The position numbers and the translations under genes were made by a program. From the sequence record OR142618.1: a stretch of 64,000 bases of DNA. The stretch is one strand, 5' to 3'. This document shows, piece by piece, positions 37,258-48,900 of the stretch; positions within the stretch are counted from its first letter, which is position 1, and the number at the start of each line of letters is the position of its first letter. Below the pieces are notes generated by a model that was given only the letters and a program-made list of their open reading frames with translations, was not told the origin of the DNA and ran no database searches.

Positions 37258-38029
37258 AATTAATGTCCTTATACATTTCTAAAATATCTTCAATCAGTGG
37301 ATGACGTTTAATATCCTTTGAAGTAAATTTAATGACACTTATGTGTTTATTGCCGCCTGCTTTATCGAGTCTTTCTAAGAAATCTTTTAGTCCATTTATT
37401 TCGAAGCCCCGATCGTGTTGCTCTATATCGCCGGTAACAATCATTTTACAATTCTCACCTATTCTTGAAAAAAGCATTTTAGACATGTTAGGCGTTGTAT
37501 TCTGTATTTCGTCTGCTAATATAACACAATTTTTAAATGTTCTGCCTCTCATATATGCAAGGGGAGCAATTTCTATAATTTCTTCCATAAGCATTTGTTC
37601 TATTTCGACAGGGGAATAATATTCTTTAAACACATCCATTATTGGTATTACCCAAGGAGCCATTTTATCTATTAGCGTGCCTGGCAAAAAACCGTGTTCT
37701 TCGTCGACTGATACTGCTGGCCTAGTAATTACAATCTTATCGCATTTACCTTCTTTATATGCTTTAATTGCATACATAGATGCTAGTAATGTTTTTCCAG
37801 ATCCCGCCGGACCTGTTGCAAATACAATGTGCTGTGTATCGTCTTCTAATGCGTCTACATATTCTTCTTGTGCTAAGCTTTTTGGTATTAGCTTAACTTC
37901 TTGTTTTCTTTGTATAGATCTTACTTGTTTAGTATTAGTAGACGGCTGAACAACATTGTTAGTTACTAGATGAAAGGTACTGTTAGGACCTTCGCTTGCT
38001 CGAGCTTTGCGCTTATCACGTTGTTTCAA
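37256..38029 (-). CDS. phoH: PhoH-family ATPase
   Basis: GPAGSGKT, RPAV, GFLPG, PLAYMRGRT, DEIQN, GD..Q.D, DI.RHPL; TTG start, AGGAG RBS; minus-strand CATAAATA at 38107-38100. Confidence 0.96.
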   Translation of the reverse strand: MKQRDKRKARASEGPNSTFHLVTNNVVQPSTNTKQVRSIQRKQEVKLIPKSLAQEEYVDALEDDTQHIVFATGPAGSGKTLLASMYAIKAYKEGKCDKIVITRPAVSVDEEHGFLPGTLIDKMAPWVIPIMDVFKEYYSPVEIEQMLMEEIIEIAPLAYMRGRTFKNCVILADEIQNTTPNMSKMLFSRIGENCKMIVTGDIEQHDRGFEINGLKDFLERLDKAGGNKHISVIKFTSKDIKRHPLIEDILEMYKDIN

Positions 38030-38193
38030 AAGTATGACTCCTGGTTAAAATCTTATTTTTAGTGTGATAATATGTATAAAGACCTAATCTTTACATTGTT
38101 ATTTATGTGTGTTATTATACATTAAGACTTAAGAAAAATCTACATCTAATTTTAAATATTAAGATTAATGTGTAGATAAATATAATATATTAT

Positions 38194-38727
38194 TTGGATA
38201 GTAAAATGAACAAACACAATGCAGATACTGCTAGAGAGAATTTAGTTCAAATAGCAGGAAATAATAAAGTATTAGATATGCTCATAGAATTAGAAAAAAC
38301 ATTAGATAACTGTAATGTGTTTTCTTATGCAAATTGGAATAAAGGAGAATTAGTTGCCGGACCCTTTATTTCTAGATATTGGGTTACTACTACTTGGATG
38401 TACAATGAAAAAGATATGCCAGATCCCGATGCAGGATTGCGTTTACTAAAATACGGTTGCAAAGTAAAGTACGAAAGGGATGTTTTTTTAGAACCAAAAA
38501 AAGTAACAGGTAGACCTGACTACGAAAACCCATCCACTAAACAAGCAAAAATAGAAGAATTGCCTATTTGGTTAGTGACAATAACTATGCCTAGGAAATT
38601 TATAGACGAAGCAATAATAGATGGCATGCAGGATTTCTCTAACGTAGATGATATAGATCCTAGTGCAATAGCTGATGTAGAAGCAGCAGGCGAAAACGGA
38701 ATAAACGATGTAGATGGAAATCTATAA
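38194..38727 (+). CDS. Hypothetical late protein (ATG may be 38206)
   Basis: GATAAATA at 38175-38182; NW.KGELV.GP...RYW. Confidence 0.6.
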   Translation: MDSKMNKHNADTARENLVQIAGNNKVLDMLIELEKTLDNCNVFSYANWNKGELVAGPFISRYWVTTTWMYNEKDMPDPDAGLRLLKYGCKVKYERDVFLEPKKVTGRPDYENPSTKQAKIEELPIWLVTITMPRKFIDEAIIDGMQDFSNVDDIDPSAIADVEAAGENGINDVDGNL

Positions 38728-38756
38728 AATTATTCCATATTATAAAGGGGTATATA

Positions 38757-39458
38757 ATGTTAGCTAGACACTCATTAAAAGGAACCGTATTACCTATAAT
38801 TTCGGTGGATGAGTATATGCCTAAATCTGGAACACAGGAAGAAGTTATAGTCATTGCATTCTATACCATTGACGAAGACCCTGCGTTTGATTTAGACGAT
38901 TTTATAGAAAAAAGTTTTATAGAAGTATTAGATGTTGATGTAAGTCCCAATCCCGACGAAAACGGAAATTATTTAGTATTTGTAGAATTAAAAAGAAAAG
39001 CAGGCTTCTTTGAAAAATTTTACAAGATTATAAAAGATGTAGAAAATGTTTCTGGAAAGCAAGACTGGTTAGTGAAGGCATATCTTTGTAACGAATTACT
39101 ACCATACAATGACGAAAGACTATTAGATTATATAATATTACTAGGTGACGAAGAAGCATCAATAACAGAAAGTGTAATATCTATGCTTACTGATAGCGAT
39201 ATATCTTCTGCTCACATAGATGATTCTAGAATATACATATCTAATTCTCATAGAACAGTAAGTTTTGAGCCATTGTATATAGGCGAAACAGCATTTAATA
39301 GTTTAAAACTAAATGAATGTGCTATAGAACTATCTAATGTAGATAGTAATGTTGCTTTATTATCGGCATTTTTAGGTAAAAAATGGGAAGTATATAAACT
39401 AAACGAATATATAATACTTCAACACCAATCTAAGCAACCTATTATAGCCAAATTATAA
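38757..39458 (+). CDS. Hypothetical protein
   Basis: 233 aa; [20 protein letters not shown]. Confidence 0.6.
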   Translation: MLARHSLKGTVLPIISVDEYMPKSGTQEEVIVIAFYTIDEDPAFDLDDFIEKSFIEVLDVDVSPNPDENGNYLVFVELKRKAGFFEKFYKIIKDVENVSGKQDWLVKAYLCNELLPYNDERLLDYIILLGDEEASITESVISMLTDSDISSAHIDDSRIYISNSHRTVSFEPLYIGETAFNSLKLNECAIELSNVDSNVALLSAFLGKKWEVYKLNEYIILQHQSKQPIIAKL

Positions 39459-39496
39459 TCAAAAAGCACTTATTTTCGATAAGTGCTTTAACTATC

Positions 39497-40186
39497 ATGA
39501 AGAATTGGCAAACAATCCTTGGCGTATCTGCTAATCCCACAGAAAAACAGATAAAGACTGCATATAGAAAACTTGCATCAAAATATCATCCTGACAGAAA
39601 TAAAGATAAAGATGCAGAAAACATGTTTAAACAAGTAAGGGAAGCATACGAATATGCAATAAAATGGATTTCTATTAAAACAGAACAATACACAGATACA
39701 GTATATATTCCATTAAAATACCAAAATAAAGGCGGCAAATTCAAGACAGCTAATCATAAATTTATTATAGAAATTCCGCCACATTTCCCTCATAATTCAC
39801 AAAAAATAATAATAGTAAACAATTCTATATTATTAGTTACTGTAATATTCATACATGATACATTTTCTATAGCTCAAAATGGAATAGATGTATATGCAAC
39901 TATTTCTGTAGAAAGTCTCGACATAATTATGGGTACAGAAATAATAGTTGAGCATCCGTACGGAAATAAGATAAAAGTAGGTATACCTACATCATTTGTA
40001 TCTGGATCTAAAATACTAGTGAAGAATAAAGGTATTAAGAATACATATACAGTAAACAATATTTTAGAAACCATAACAGGTCATTTGTATATAACTGTCA
40101 ACATGTTCACAAAAGTTCGTTTGACTAAAAGTAGCGATACTAGTATACTACTAACGTACAAAGCAAAACCATACACAATCTCGTAA
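39497..40186 (+). CDS. J-domain protein (DnaJ/CbpA-like, no zinc finger)
   Basis: ILGV, IK.AYRKLA.KYHPD, F..V.EAYE; partial DnaJ-C region. Confidence 0.9.
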   Translation: MKNWQTILGVSANPTEKQIKTAYRKLASKYHPDRNKDKDAENMFKQVREAYEYAIKWISIKTEQYTDTVYIPLKYQNKGGKFKTANHKFIIEIPPHFPHNSQKIIIVNNSILLVTVIFIHDTFSIAQNGIDVYATISVESLDIIMGTEIIVEHPYGNKIKVGIPTSFVSGSKILVKNKGIKNTYTVNNILETITGHLYITVNMFTKVRLTKSSDTSILLTYKAKPYTIS

Positions 40187-40195
40187 GGGGTACAC

Positions 40196-42415
40196 ATGGA
40201 TAGCCAAAAGAAACTGAATACCGTACTTACTGAAGCAAAAAAACTTGCAGTAAGTCACCAACACGAAGCCATTACTTCAGATCATGTATTGTATGTTTTA
40301 TTAGGATACGACGAAGTAAAGGACTGTGTTAAAAACTGCAATGCAGACCCGGATCAATTAACTAAAGCAGTATCTGATTTCCTTGTTACCCAGTTGGGAA
40401 AATCCCGACACATAACTGATATGAATATTGATATCAGTCCCTCTCTTAGTCGCTGGTGCCAGCAATTGGCAACTAAAATTGCATTAGATCCTAACAAAGC
40501 AATGACGTATGTCGATATGCTCGATGCACTCATCAAAGACACCAGTTGCAATGCAAGCCAGCTTCTCGCGCACTATGGTGTTACTACTGCTGTAGTAACT
40601 GAAGCGAAGAAATCTGCAGAAGCAGAATCCCTCATAAAGTCGTTTACTCGCAATCTTAACGACGAAGTATCTGAAGGCAAAATCGATCCGGTTATCGGCC
40701 GGGAAACTGAACTAGAAGAAGTTATCGAAGCCCTCGCCCGCCGGCGAAAAAACAATTGCATTCTTACCGGCAAAGAAGGTGTAGGTAAGACGGCAATTGC
40801 CGAAGGGTTGGCGATGAAAATCGTCAATGGTGAGGTCCCTGAAGCAATTGCTGACAAACAAGTTATTTCACTCGATATCGGCGCGATGATGGCAGGCACT
40901 AAATATCGCGGCGAGTTCGAAGAGCGTATGAAAGCGCTGCTAGACGAACTAAAAGCAATGAAAAATGCCATCGTCTTCATTGACGAAATACATATGATCA
41001 TGGGCGCCGGTGCAAGTAATGGTTCGTCAGTAGACGCTGCTAACCTGCTCAAGCCAGAATTGGCAAAAGGAACACTTCGTTGCATAGGCGCAACTACCTA
41101 CGACGAATATAGTACACACTTCGAAAAAGATCGGGCATTAATGCGTCGGTTCCAAAAAGTGGATGTTCCGCCGCCTAGTGTAGGCGACACTAAAAAAATA
41201 GTTGCCGGACTAAAGCAATATTACGAAGAGTTCCATGGCGTCAAATACGACGTAGGGACTCTAGATCTAGCAGTCGATTTGACTGAACGATACATCAAAA
41301 CTCGGCACCAGCCCGACAAATCAATCGATGCAATAGACCTTGTCGGCGCCAGAGCTAAATTAGCAGGGATTTCTACCATTACCGAGCGTATGGTCATAGA
41401 AACTGTAGCTAAACTAGCTCATATGCGTCCGGAAATGTTAGATAACACCGAAAACGACACTATTGCTCGTCTAGAAGGTAACCTCAAACACGATGTGTTT
41501 GGGCAAGACGAAGCCATTAACAAGCTCTGCGAAGCAGTGATGGTACACAAAGCAGGACTTCGAGATGCTAATAAACCTATCGGTAACTTCTTATTAGTAG
41601 GTCCGACCGGTACTGGCAAAACGTTCTTGGCAAAAAAACTATCCCAACATATGGGTATTCCATTAGTGCGGTTCGATATGTCTGAATACCAAGAACAGCA
41701 TAGCGTCGCCCGGCTGCTGGGCGCGCCGCCCGGATATGTAGGGCACGGGGAAGGTGAAGCCGGCGCTGGGCAGTTAATCTCTGAGATTGAAAAAAATCCC
41801 AACTGCATCTTGTTGCTAGACGAAATCGAAAAAGCACACCCGAAGGTATTTAGTACATTCCTTCAAGTGATGGATGACGCCCGGCTAACTTCGTCAACTG
41901 GCAAAACTGTATTCTTCGGTAACGTTTTGCTACTAATGACATCTAATTCCGGCGCCGCACAAGCTGCTAAAGCATCAATCGGATTTGGAAATAATTTTAA
42001 CGACGGTGCAATAGATAGCGCAGTTACAAAAGGATTTGCGCCTGAATTCCGGAACAGGCTCGACGGCATTGTTAAGTTCTCGGCGCTCACTATTAACGAA
42101 ATGTCTAAGATTGTAGACACTGAGTTTGCTAAAGTGCAAGCAAGTGTACTAGAAAAAGGCGTATCGTTGATCCTTACCCAAGAAGCACGTCAAAAATTAG
42201 CAACAGATGGATATGATCCCAAGATGGGAGCCCGTCCGCTCGCGAGGCTGTTCCAAGAGAAAGTCAAGTTGCCGCTGTCAAAGCTGATGCTACTTGGCGA
42301 TCTTAAAAATGGCGGTCACGCAGAAGTCAGGGTAGTAGCAGACGAAGTTGTAGTTATACAAGCAATTGCCCCTGCCACTAAAGCTAAAAAGAAAATAGAC
42401 CAAACTGTAGTTTAA
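40196..42415 (+). CDS. clpA: ATP-dependent Clp protease ATPase ClpA
   Basis: Clp-N; AAA1 GKEGVGKT/IDEIH; AAA2 GPTGTGKT/LDEIEKAH; IGF loop; no ClpB middle domain; GARPL.R. Confidence 0.95.
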   Translation: MDSQKKLNTVLTEAKKLAVSHQHEAITSDHVLYVLLGYDEVKDCVKNCNADPDQLTKAVSDFLVTQLGKSRHITDMNIDISPSLSRWCQQLATKIALDPNKAMTYVDMLDALIKDTSCNASQLLAHYGVTTAVVTEAKKSAEAESLIKSFTRNLNDEVSEGKIDPVIGRETELEEVIEALARRRKNNCILTGKEGVGKTAIAEGLAMKIVNGEVPEAIADKQVISLDIGAMMAGTKYRGEFEERMKALLDELKAMKNAIVFIDEIHMIMGAGASNGSSVDAANLLKPELAKGTLRCIGATTYDEYSTHFEKDRALMRRFQKVDVPPPSVGDTKKIVAGLKQYYEEFHGVKYDVGTLDLAVDLTERYIKTRHQPDKSIDAIDLVGARAKLAGISTITERMVIETVAKLAHMRPEMLDNTENDTIARLEGNLKHDVFGQDEAINKLCEAVMVHKAGLRDANKPIGNFLLVGPTGTGKTFLAKKLSQHMGIPLVRFDMSEYQEQHSVARLLGAPPGYVGHGEGEAGAGQLISEIEKNPNCILLLDEIEKAHPKVFSTFLQVMDDARLTSSTGKTVFFGNVLLLMTSNSGAAQAAKASIGFGNNFNDGAIDSAVTKGFAPEFRNRLDGIVKFSALTINEMSKIVDTEFAKVQASVLEKGVSLILTQEARQKLATDGYDPKMGARPLARLFQEKVKLPLSKLMLLGDLKNGGHAEVRVVADEVVVIQAIAPATKAKKKIDQTVV

Positions 42416-42425
42416 CACTACTCCT

Positions 42426-42455
42426 AAAAATAGCCCCGAACGGGGCTATTTTTTT
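42426..42455 (+). terminator. Intrinsic terminator
   Basis: AAAAATAGCCCCG-AA-CGGGGCTATTTTTTT. Confidence 0.9.
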
Positions 42456-42504
42456 GACAACAAGTTTCAGTAACGTACTAATTCAATACAATTACGTACA
42501 CTGA

Positions 42505-42510
42505 TAAATA
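42505..42510 (+). promoter_or_regulatory. Late promoter core TAAATA heading the tail gene block
   Basis: GATAAATA ending 22 nt before ATG 42533. Confidence 0.65.
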
Positions 42511-42532
42511 CTGCATAATAATAGAGGTCAAA

Positions 42533-42967
42533 ATGAGTATTAGAAAATCTGTATTAATGCTGCAAGGTGCAAGTTTTGACGGAGAAATGAAAATAGTAGG
42601 TGAAAGAGTTAGGGCTGACAACTTTTTCGGTTTTACTGACGGAATTCATACAGTATCTATGTCTTATTATAATTTTAAAGGATACTTTATGCTTCAAGGA
42701 ACTCTATCTATGAATCCAGAAGAGTCGGATTGGTTTAATATAGATGTAACTGAACGAAATAGAAGAACCACTGTTTTACGTTTCCCCGAAGATCCGGCGC
42801 ATCCTACAGGCGAGAAAAACGGCGATACCGGTACAAAGGCATTTACTTTTATAGGTAATTTTACTTATCTAAGAGCAGTTGTATCGTGGGAAGGATATAT
42901 ACCGCCGCCTGTGCTTGTAACAAACGAAGATATGGGTAGTGTAGATAAAGTGCTGTTAGCAATGTAA
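42533..42967 (+). CDS. Putative virion structural protein
   Basis: Late promoter, beta-rich, heads fibre operon. Confidence 0.5.
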   Translation: MSIRKSVLMLQGASFDGEMKIVGERVRADNFFGFTDGIHTVSMSYYNFKGYFMLQGTLSMNPEESDWFNIDVTERNRRTTVLRFPEDPAHPTGEKNGDTGTKAFTFIGNFTYLRAVVSWEGYIPPPVLVTNEDMGSVDKVLLAM

Positions 42968-42980
42968 GGTTAAAAAGAAT

Positions 42981-45900
42981 ATGAGTATACAATCAGGTCC
43001 TTCTGTATTAAATCAATTTGTTCCAGATTTTCTGATAGATAGTACACCAACTAATGGTCAATTTTTAGTTTATGACGATACTGTCCAGGCATTTGTAAAT
43101 AGCACAAATCCCAGAATCGTATTAGATTCGTCTAATATATTAGACGGTTCTATAACAATTGATAAACTTGCAATATCTGGTAATAAAGTACCTGGATACG
43201 TACTAACTATAACTTCCGCAGGCGGAATGGCATTTTTACCAGTGCCCGGCAACGGCGGTCAGCTACCTAGTCTAGATGAATTACTAGACACAAATATAGT
43301 ATCTCCTACTGTAACCCAATATCTTAAATGGGACGGTTCTGCATGGGTTAATAGTAATATAACATTAAATGATGTATCAGATGTCTCTGTTATCTCCCCT
43401 ACAGCCGATGATGTATTAGCATGGGAATCAGGTTCTTGGACAAATAAGAAAATAGATTATACATCACTAACAAACAAACCAGATTTGAGTGATGTAGTTA
43501 GATCTAGCGAATTGTCATCAGTTGCATTCAGTGGTGATTATAATGATTTAGTAAATATTCCCAGTGCAACTTCTAATACTATAGTTGGATTAACAGATGT
43601 TAACGATACTGCACTACCCAACGGATTCTTGCGCTGGAACGCAAGCGGTGATGAGGTAGAATTTATTACTTCAATTTCTGCTACTGTAATAACCGGGTTA
43701 GCTCCAGTTGCTACTAGTGGAAATTATAATGACTTATTAGGAAAACCTAATTTGTCAGTGTATCCGCTTAGAACTGAATTTTCTACTGTTGCAACCACCG
43801 GTAATTATTCTGATTTGAACAATGTGCCTTTGACATTTGCACCAAGTGCGCATACTCACCCGGCTGCACAAATCACAGGATTGGCATCTGTAGCTACTAG
43901 CAACGATTATAACGATTTAGTTAATAAACCGACTGCAATGGCGCCAACCGCACATACGCATGCTATATCTGATATTATAGGATTGCAAAATTCGCTAGAT
44001 AGTAAATTGACTGTCAATTTAACTACTAGACTTCCAAAAGATGTTATTTATTTTAACGGCACTTCATGGATAAACAAGCAATTATCTTATACTGATATTT
44101 CCGGTACTCCTAACTTAGATAACTATGTTACTGATTCAGAATTATCTACTGTTGCTACAACTGGCAGATATTCTGATTTAATAAATAAACCCGAGTTAGT
44201 AGAAAATTTAAACGACTTATTAGATGTAGATGTTTCTTCTAAACAAACAGGGAACGTATTAACCTGGAACGGAACAGCATGGGTTGCTAGTGCAATAACA
44301 CAAGCAAGCATAGATTGGGCTAATATAAGCAATAAACCAAGCGTTTTTAGCCCCGCTGCGCATACACACGACGTAGTAGACGTACTAGGCCTGCAAAGTT
44401 TACTAGACAGTAAACTTGACGCAAATATTGCATTCGACGGCGATTATAATAGTTTAACAAATAAACCGGGGTTAATAGATCTTCAAGATACATTTAGTCC
44501 TGCTGTGCCTAATGGATTCTTACGGTGGAATAATTTAGGTACCTTAGTTGCATATCAAGATTACATATATCCGCAAGATATTTCAGGATTGTCAGATGTT
44601 GCTATATCGGGTCAGTATTCAGATTTATTGGGTACCCCTTCCTTATCGACTGTTGCTATAACCGGGAGTTATAGCGACTTAATTGATGCGCCGCCTGCGT
44701 TTGACGGCGATTATGATAGTTTAACAAATAAACCGTTTATTCCTACTAATTTTGATTTTAAATTTATAGGTTTGAATGATGTAAGTCCCACAGTTCAGCC
44801 CGGTGGCTATTTAAAATGGAACTTAGACGGTTCATTTGTTGTATCGTCAGCAAACATTCCTGCAACAGATGTAGCAGGATTGTCTGTTGTGTCTACAACC
44901 GGACAATATTCGGATTTATTAGGCAAACCGTTATTAGCTACAGTTTCTTCATCAGGTAGTTATACTGATTTAATAAATATTCCTACTGAATTTAATCCAG
45001 CCGAACATACCCACAATATAGCAGACGTATCCGGATTACAGGCATCCCTAGATAATAAATTAAATACCTCTGATGCATTTAGTGGTGATTATAATGATTT
45101 AACTAACGCACCTACTAATAGTTCATATTCATTAGTGGGATTATCAGATACTAATTCTGTACCTGTTGCAAACGGATTCTTACGCTGGAATGCATCTGGA
45201 AGTAGTGTTGAATATATTCAAACAATTCCTGTAAATGCAATAACTGGATTGGCTCCTGTCGCATCATCTGGCCAGTATGCAGATTTGCAAGGAACACCGG
45301 ATTTATCTGATTATGTTTTATCTGTATCATTAGCTGACATAGCTACAACTGGAGAATATTCAGATTTAATAAATGCACCCGATTTAAGTGTGTATGCTAA
45401 TAAAACTGATCTGTCAGATGTAGCTACAACAGGACAATATTCGGATTTGTTGGGTATTCCTACGCAATTTACACCGACAGTTCATGTCCATAACGTTTCT
45501 CAAATAAGTGGATTATCTACAGTTGCTACTAGCGGAAGTTATAATGATTTATCTAATAAACCGTCGTTTGCTAATGTTGCAACAACAGGCAGCTATGATG
45601 ATCTAAACAATAAACCATCCATACCTACTAATGGCAGTTTTAGTTTACTTGGGTTAAATGATACGAATAATACGCCAGTTGCAGATGGTATATTGCGTTG
45701 GAATTCCAGTGCAAATCAGGTAATATATGCAAATACAATCGATGCACAATCTGTTTCTGGATTAGCTACTGTTGCGACTATAGGTAAACTATCTTCACTA
45801 AGTGATGTTGATTTAATAGGTTTGAACCAGAATGAAATATTGCAGTGGAACGGTTCTGCATGGGTACCTGTACCTTATAATCCTAATCAAATACAAGCTT

Positions 45901-48900
45901 ACATAGAGAGCGGAAATACAAAAGTTTCTACTAACGATATTTTAGATAGCATTGTTCTAACAGCAGGACCTACCACTGGAAATATAATATTCGAGTTAGG
46001 AAATACAAATAGCTCAATTATTCTAAATCCAGTTGCTAATAACGTAGATGCTCTTATTTCTTCTACTTCTAGAATAAAATTAGATTCATCCACTGGCATA
46101 TCATTAGGTAATATAAGTTATCCAATGACCGACGGTACAGTTGGACAAGCAGTAGTTACAAATGGAGCTGGCCAACTATCGTTTGAAACGGTAGTTAAAC
46201 CCTCTCAATTGGCTACAGTTGCTACTAGTGGAAATTATAATGACTTAACTAATAAACCTACATTAGTAACCGAACTAAACGGACTTGCTGACGTTCGTAT
46301 GCGTGATACTAATGGAAATTATTTAGCACAACCAGAGGATGTGTTAACATATTCTAACGGAATATGGCAAGCACGACCGAACACTAGTTCTTCTTTTATA
46401 GGTTTAAGCGATACCCAAAATATAACATTGCCGGAAGATAGGGCCAATGCATACCTACGTTGGGATACTACTGGAAATCTAATTATATACGAAGATAGTA
46501 TTTCTGCAAGCGTAATTGCCGGATTAGCAGAAGTAGCAACCACAGGAGATTTGCACGATTTAATAAATGTAAATGTAAATTTACCTGATATGAACAATCC
46601 AGCTACACAAGCTGTTTGGGGTTTAATATGGGATCGTCAGAATCAACGTTGGATAAATTACAATTTACGTAATATAGCAGGTTCGGGTGGATCTACAGTA
46701 GTAGCATTAAATGACTTAACTGATGTTACTCTTACTTTCCCTGTAGTTGACGGTAATGTTCTTAGAGCAACTGTGCAACCAGACAATAGTATTGTTTGGC
46801 AGAACAAACAACTATCTTATAGTGACTTAACTGGAACTATAAGTATGAGTCTGTTGCAATTAACTGATACTAGTTCATCTGCTGTACCTAATGGATTCTT
46901 GCGGTGGGACTCGTCGGGTAGTACAGTTCAGTATATTACTACAATAAGTACAAATGATATAACTGGGTTAGCTCCGGTTGCTACTAGTGGAAATTATAAT
47001 GACTTATCTAATACACCTGCTATACCGGCATCAATTAACGATTTAGCAGATGTTAATACCGTTAGTCCTGTTCCTACAAACGGATATGTATTAACATGGG
47101 ATAGTAGTTCGAATAATTGGATTGCAAAAGAACCTGCAACTAACCCATCTGGTAGTACAGCCCTAGCTGATCTAACAGATGTATCTCTATCTGATCTAGC
47201 TGCTAGTGATGTTTTAAAATACAACGGCACTACATGGGTAAACGAACCAGTTACGTATTCTGAATTAACAGATTTACCTACATTTGCGTTAGTTGCATTT
47301 AGTGGTGATTATAATGATTTAACTAATAAGCCATCGGGATCTACTACATCTATACTAGATCTAACTGATACTGCAGATACTGCACTACCTAACGGATTCT
47401 TGCGCTGGAACGCAAGCGGTGATGAGGTTTTATATCAATCATCTATTAATGTTTCTGATATAATAGGATTATCCGGTGTAGCTATAAGTGGTGATTATAA
47501 CGATTTATCCAACAAACCGGAAAATAATTCGTATTATTTTAGAAAGTTAGCTGATGCAGGAAATCCGCAGCCTAATACATTTATAAAATATCCTGCGTTT
47601 ACTATTCCGCCCGGTAGTGATATAGACGATGTTAATCCTATACTCGAATATGTAAGTAGCATAAATGCACTAACTGACATAGATAACCTAGCTCCGGTTG
47701 CCACTAACGGAATACTAGGAAGTTTAGTAGACGTAAATCTAAATTCAGTAGAAGACGGACAAGTTCTTACTTATGATGCTGTAACAAATAGCTGGATAAA
47801 CAAAAATAGTTCAGGATCGCCGGTAGTAACTTCGTGGACAAAGATAAATGGCAACTATACTGTAACTGGTTCAGAATATTTATTGGTAGATACAACTTCT
47901 GCTAGTGTAACAATTACTCTGCCTGTTGCCCCTACCGAAAATATGGTAATTCGTATTGCTGATTGGAAAGGTACATTTAGAACAAATAGTTGCGTAGTGA
48001 ATACTAATGGCATGCCTTTAATGGGTGCCAGCATGGATAACACACTAACTATTCAGAACCAAAATGCAAGTATAGAGTTAACATTTGTAGACACAACGTA
48101 CGGTTGGAAAATAACAGATGGTATAGGTGAGATATCTAAACAAAACATTCCAGTTACGAATTGGCGTACTGTAGATTCATCTAGCACTCCTGCTATGCTA
48201 ATAGCTCAACCGGGCGAAGCAATTTATGTTAATACCAACAATGGTGCAGTAACTGTTAAATTACCGACAGGAGCAAGTGTTAACGCTGTTGTTAGAATAG
48301 CTGACTTGTTAGGTACTTACGATAAAGCAAGTTGCTTTGTAGATGGCAACGGCAACCCAATAATGGGTAAAAACGAAATATTAGAAATTGCAAACGAAAA
48401 TGCTTCTATAGAATTTACATACGTCGATTCGGTAGTAGGGTGGAAAGTAACAGACGGCATAGGTGAGTTAGGTAGAAAAACTGATATTGCATCTGATTCG
48501 GATATAATAGTTTATGTAGCTACAGACGGTAACGACACTACAGGAAGTGGAACCGAAGAATCTCCATTTGCTACATTAAATGCTGCTTTCCTTAGTCTAG
48601 ATGGCAAATTTGTAAATAGTTCTGCAGAAATTATAGTTCGTGTTGCAGAAGGTGTCTACGAACCTACCAATCCTGTTGCGTTTAGTCACATTCAGGGAAT
48701 GAATGTAAAACTTATAGGCGAATTGCCCCAAGCAAGTAGTTTATTCACTGTTACTAATATAACCAATGATGCAGGATTGGCAAAAGTAACAATGCAACTT
48801 TCTTCTGTCAGTGACTACGAAGTAGGGGACATTATAAAGATTACGTCGGCAGCAACTATGTTAGAATGTGTTGAAATTATAACAGCAATAAACACAGGAT

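Noticed and set aside
40196-42415. ClpB disaggregase call
   Set aside because: The protein is 739 aa, lacks the coiled-coil middle domain and has an IGF ClpP-docking loop, so it is ClpA
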